A DNA stretch of 64,000 nucleotides from Octopus sinensis (Eukaryota). A program made the translations under genes and the position numbers. The stretch covers positions 25,296,001 through 25,360,000 of the forward strand of contig NC_043022.1 of assembly GCF_006345805.1 (NCBI RefSeq). Direction: 5' to 3'. Positions 63,114 through 64,000 of this stretch are shown in pieces (position 1 is the stretch's first letter; each line of letters opens with the position of its first letter). A model generated the notes under the pieces. That model had not been told where the DNA came from and did no database searches. It saw only the letters and a program-made list of their open reading frames with translations.

Positions 63114-64000
63114 TACTACTATTATTATTACTATTATTGTTATTATTACTATTATTGTTATTATTACTATTATTATTATTATTACTATCATTATTATTAT
63201 TACTATATTATTATTATTATTATTATTATCATTATTATTATTATTATTATCATCATCATTATTATTGGTTTTGTTGTAGCTTTTGATATTCAATAAATGT
63301 CTATGACAGGAGAACCCATATGGACAGGGAGTTAGTTAAAGGGATTGAGGAAAATGGGAAAGGTAAGCGGCGTGGAAAAGAAGATTTATTTCTACAACAA
63401 CCAAACGCGCGCGCGCGCACGCATGCACAACTGCAGAGTTCACTTTTTTTCTGTCCCCGCCAAATACCATTCATCTGCAACACAATACGCACGTACACAG
63501 CAGCACGACGAACAGACAGACGAACATTATTACCACAAGCATCACCATCTCTCACTTGCCATGCATTGCCACCCATATAAAAACCTTCCCTTCATGTTTG
63601 TCACTCTGAAGCTACTAAACAACACTGCCCCCACACACAAACACTTCAAACCCCGTTGCCCCCAAATCGCTACCATTATCATCATCATCATGATCATCAT
63701 CATCATCACGAAAATGGTGTCAAATATCAACTTATAACGAGGACAATTATTACCTGAACAATCCAACCAACACTACCATTAAAATTACTACTACGACTAC
63801 CCCTCCTCCACCTCCACTATCGCCTTTATAAAAACAAAACAACCATTCGCATCGCCACCATCTCCACCATTCTCAAAATCACCGTTAATATCTTCACCAA
63901 CACCAAATCCATCATCATTAAAAACAATCTCTACTACCAACACCATCTCCACCGCAACCACTACCGCTGCCATCATCATCATCAAAAGAACCTTTTGCAC

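Overview
Eukaryotic, AT-rich, repeat-saturated window. The SINE families and microsatellite load look like a cephalopod (Octopus-like) genome; this is inferred from recognition, not from a search. No intact host gene can be supported, and nearly all ORFs in the track are microsatellite or SINE artefacts. Autonomous-type elements: one near-complete but frameshifted Penelope-like retroelement (PLE; RT + GIY-YIG, Neptune-like) and a second PLE remnant. Other repeats: several tRNA-derived SINE families (some in tandem arrays), fragments of R4/Dong, CR1, RTE and L1/Tx1-type LINEs, mariner and hAT remnants, Merlin-like MITEs with 8-bp TSDs and (TAACCC)n, non-autonomous Helitrons, minisatellites and a 100-N gap. 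The most notable signal is a set of about 6 sequence-unrelated short non-coding elements carrying minimal type-I hammerhead ribozyme (HHR) motifs of the PLE type, inserted as head-to-head inverted dimers. One of them is a tRNA-headed (Pol III) SINE with an HHR tail, inserted as a TSD-flanked palindrome at 42121-42676. It is a candidate Penelope-mobilised, self-cleaving SINE.
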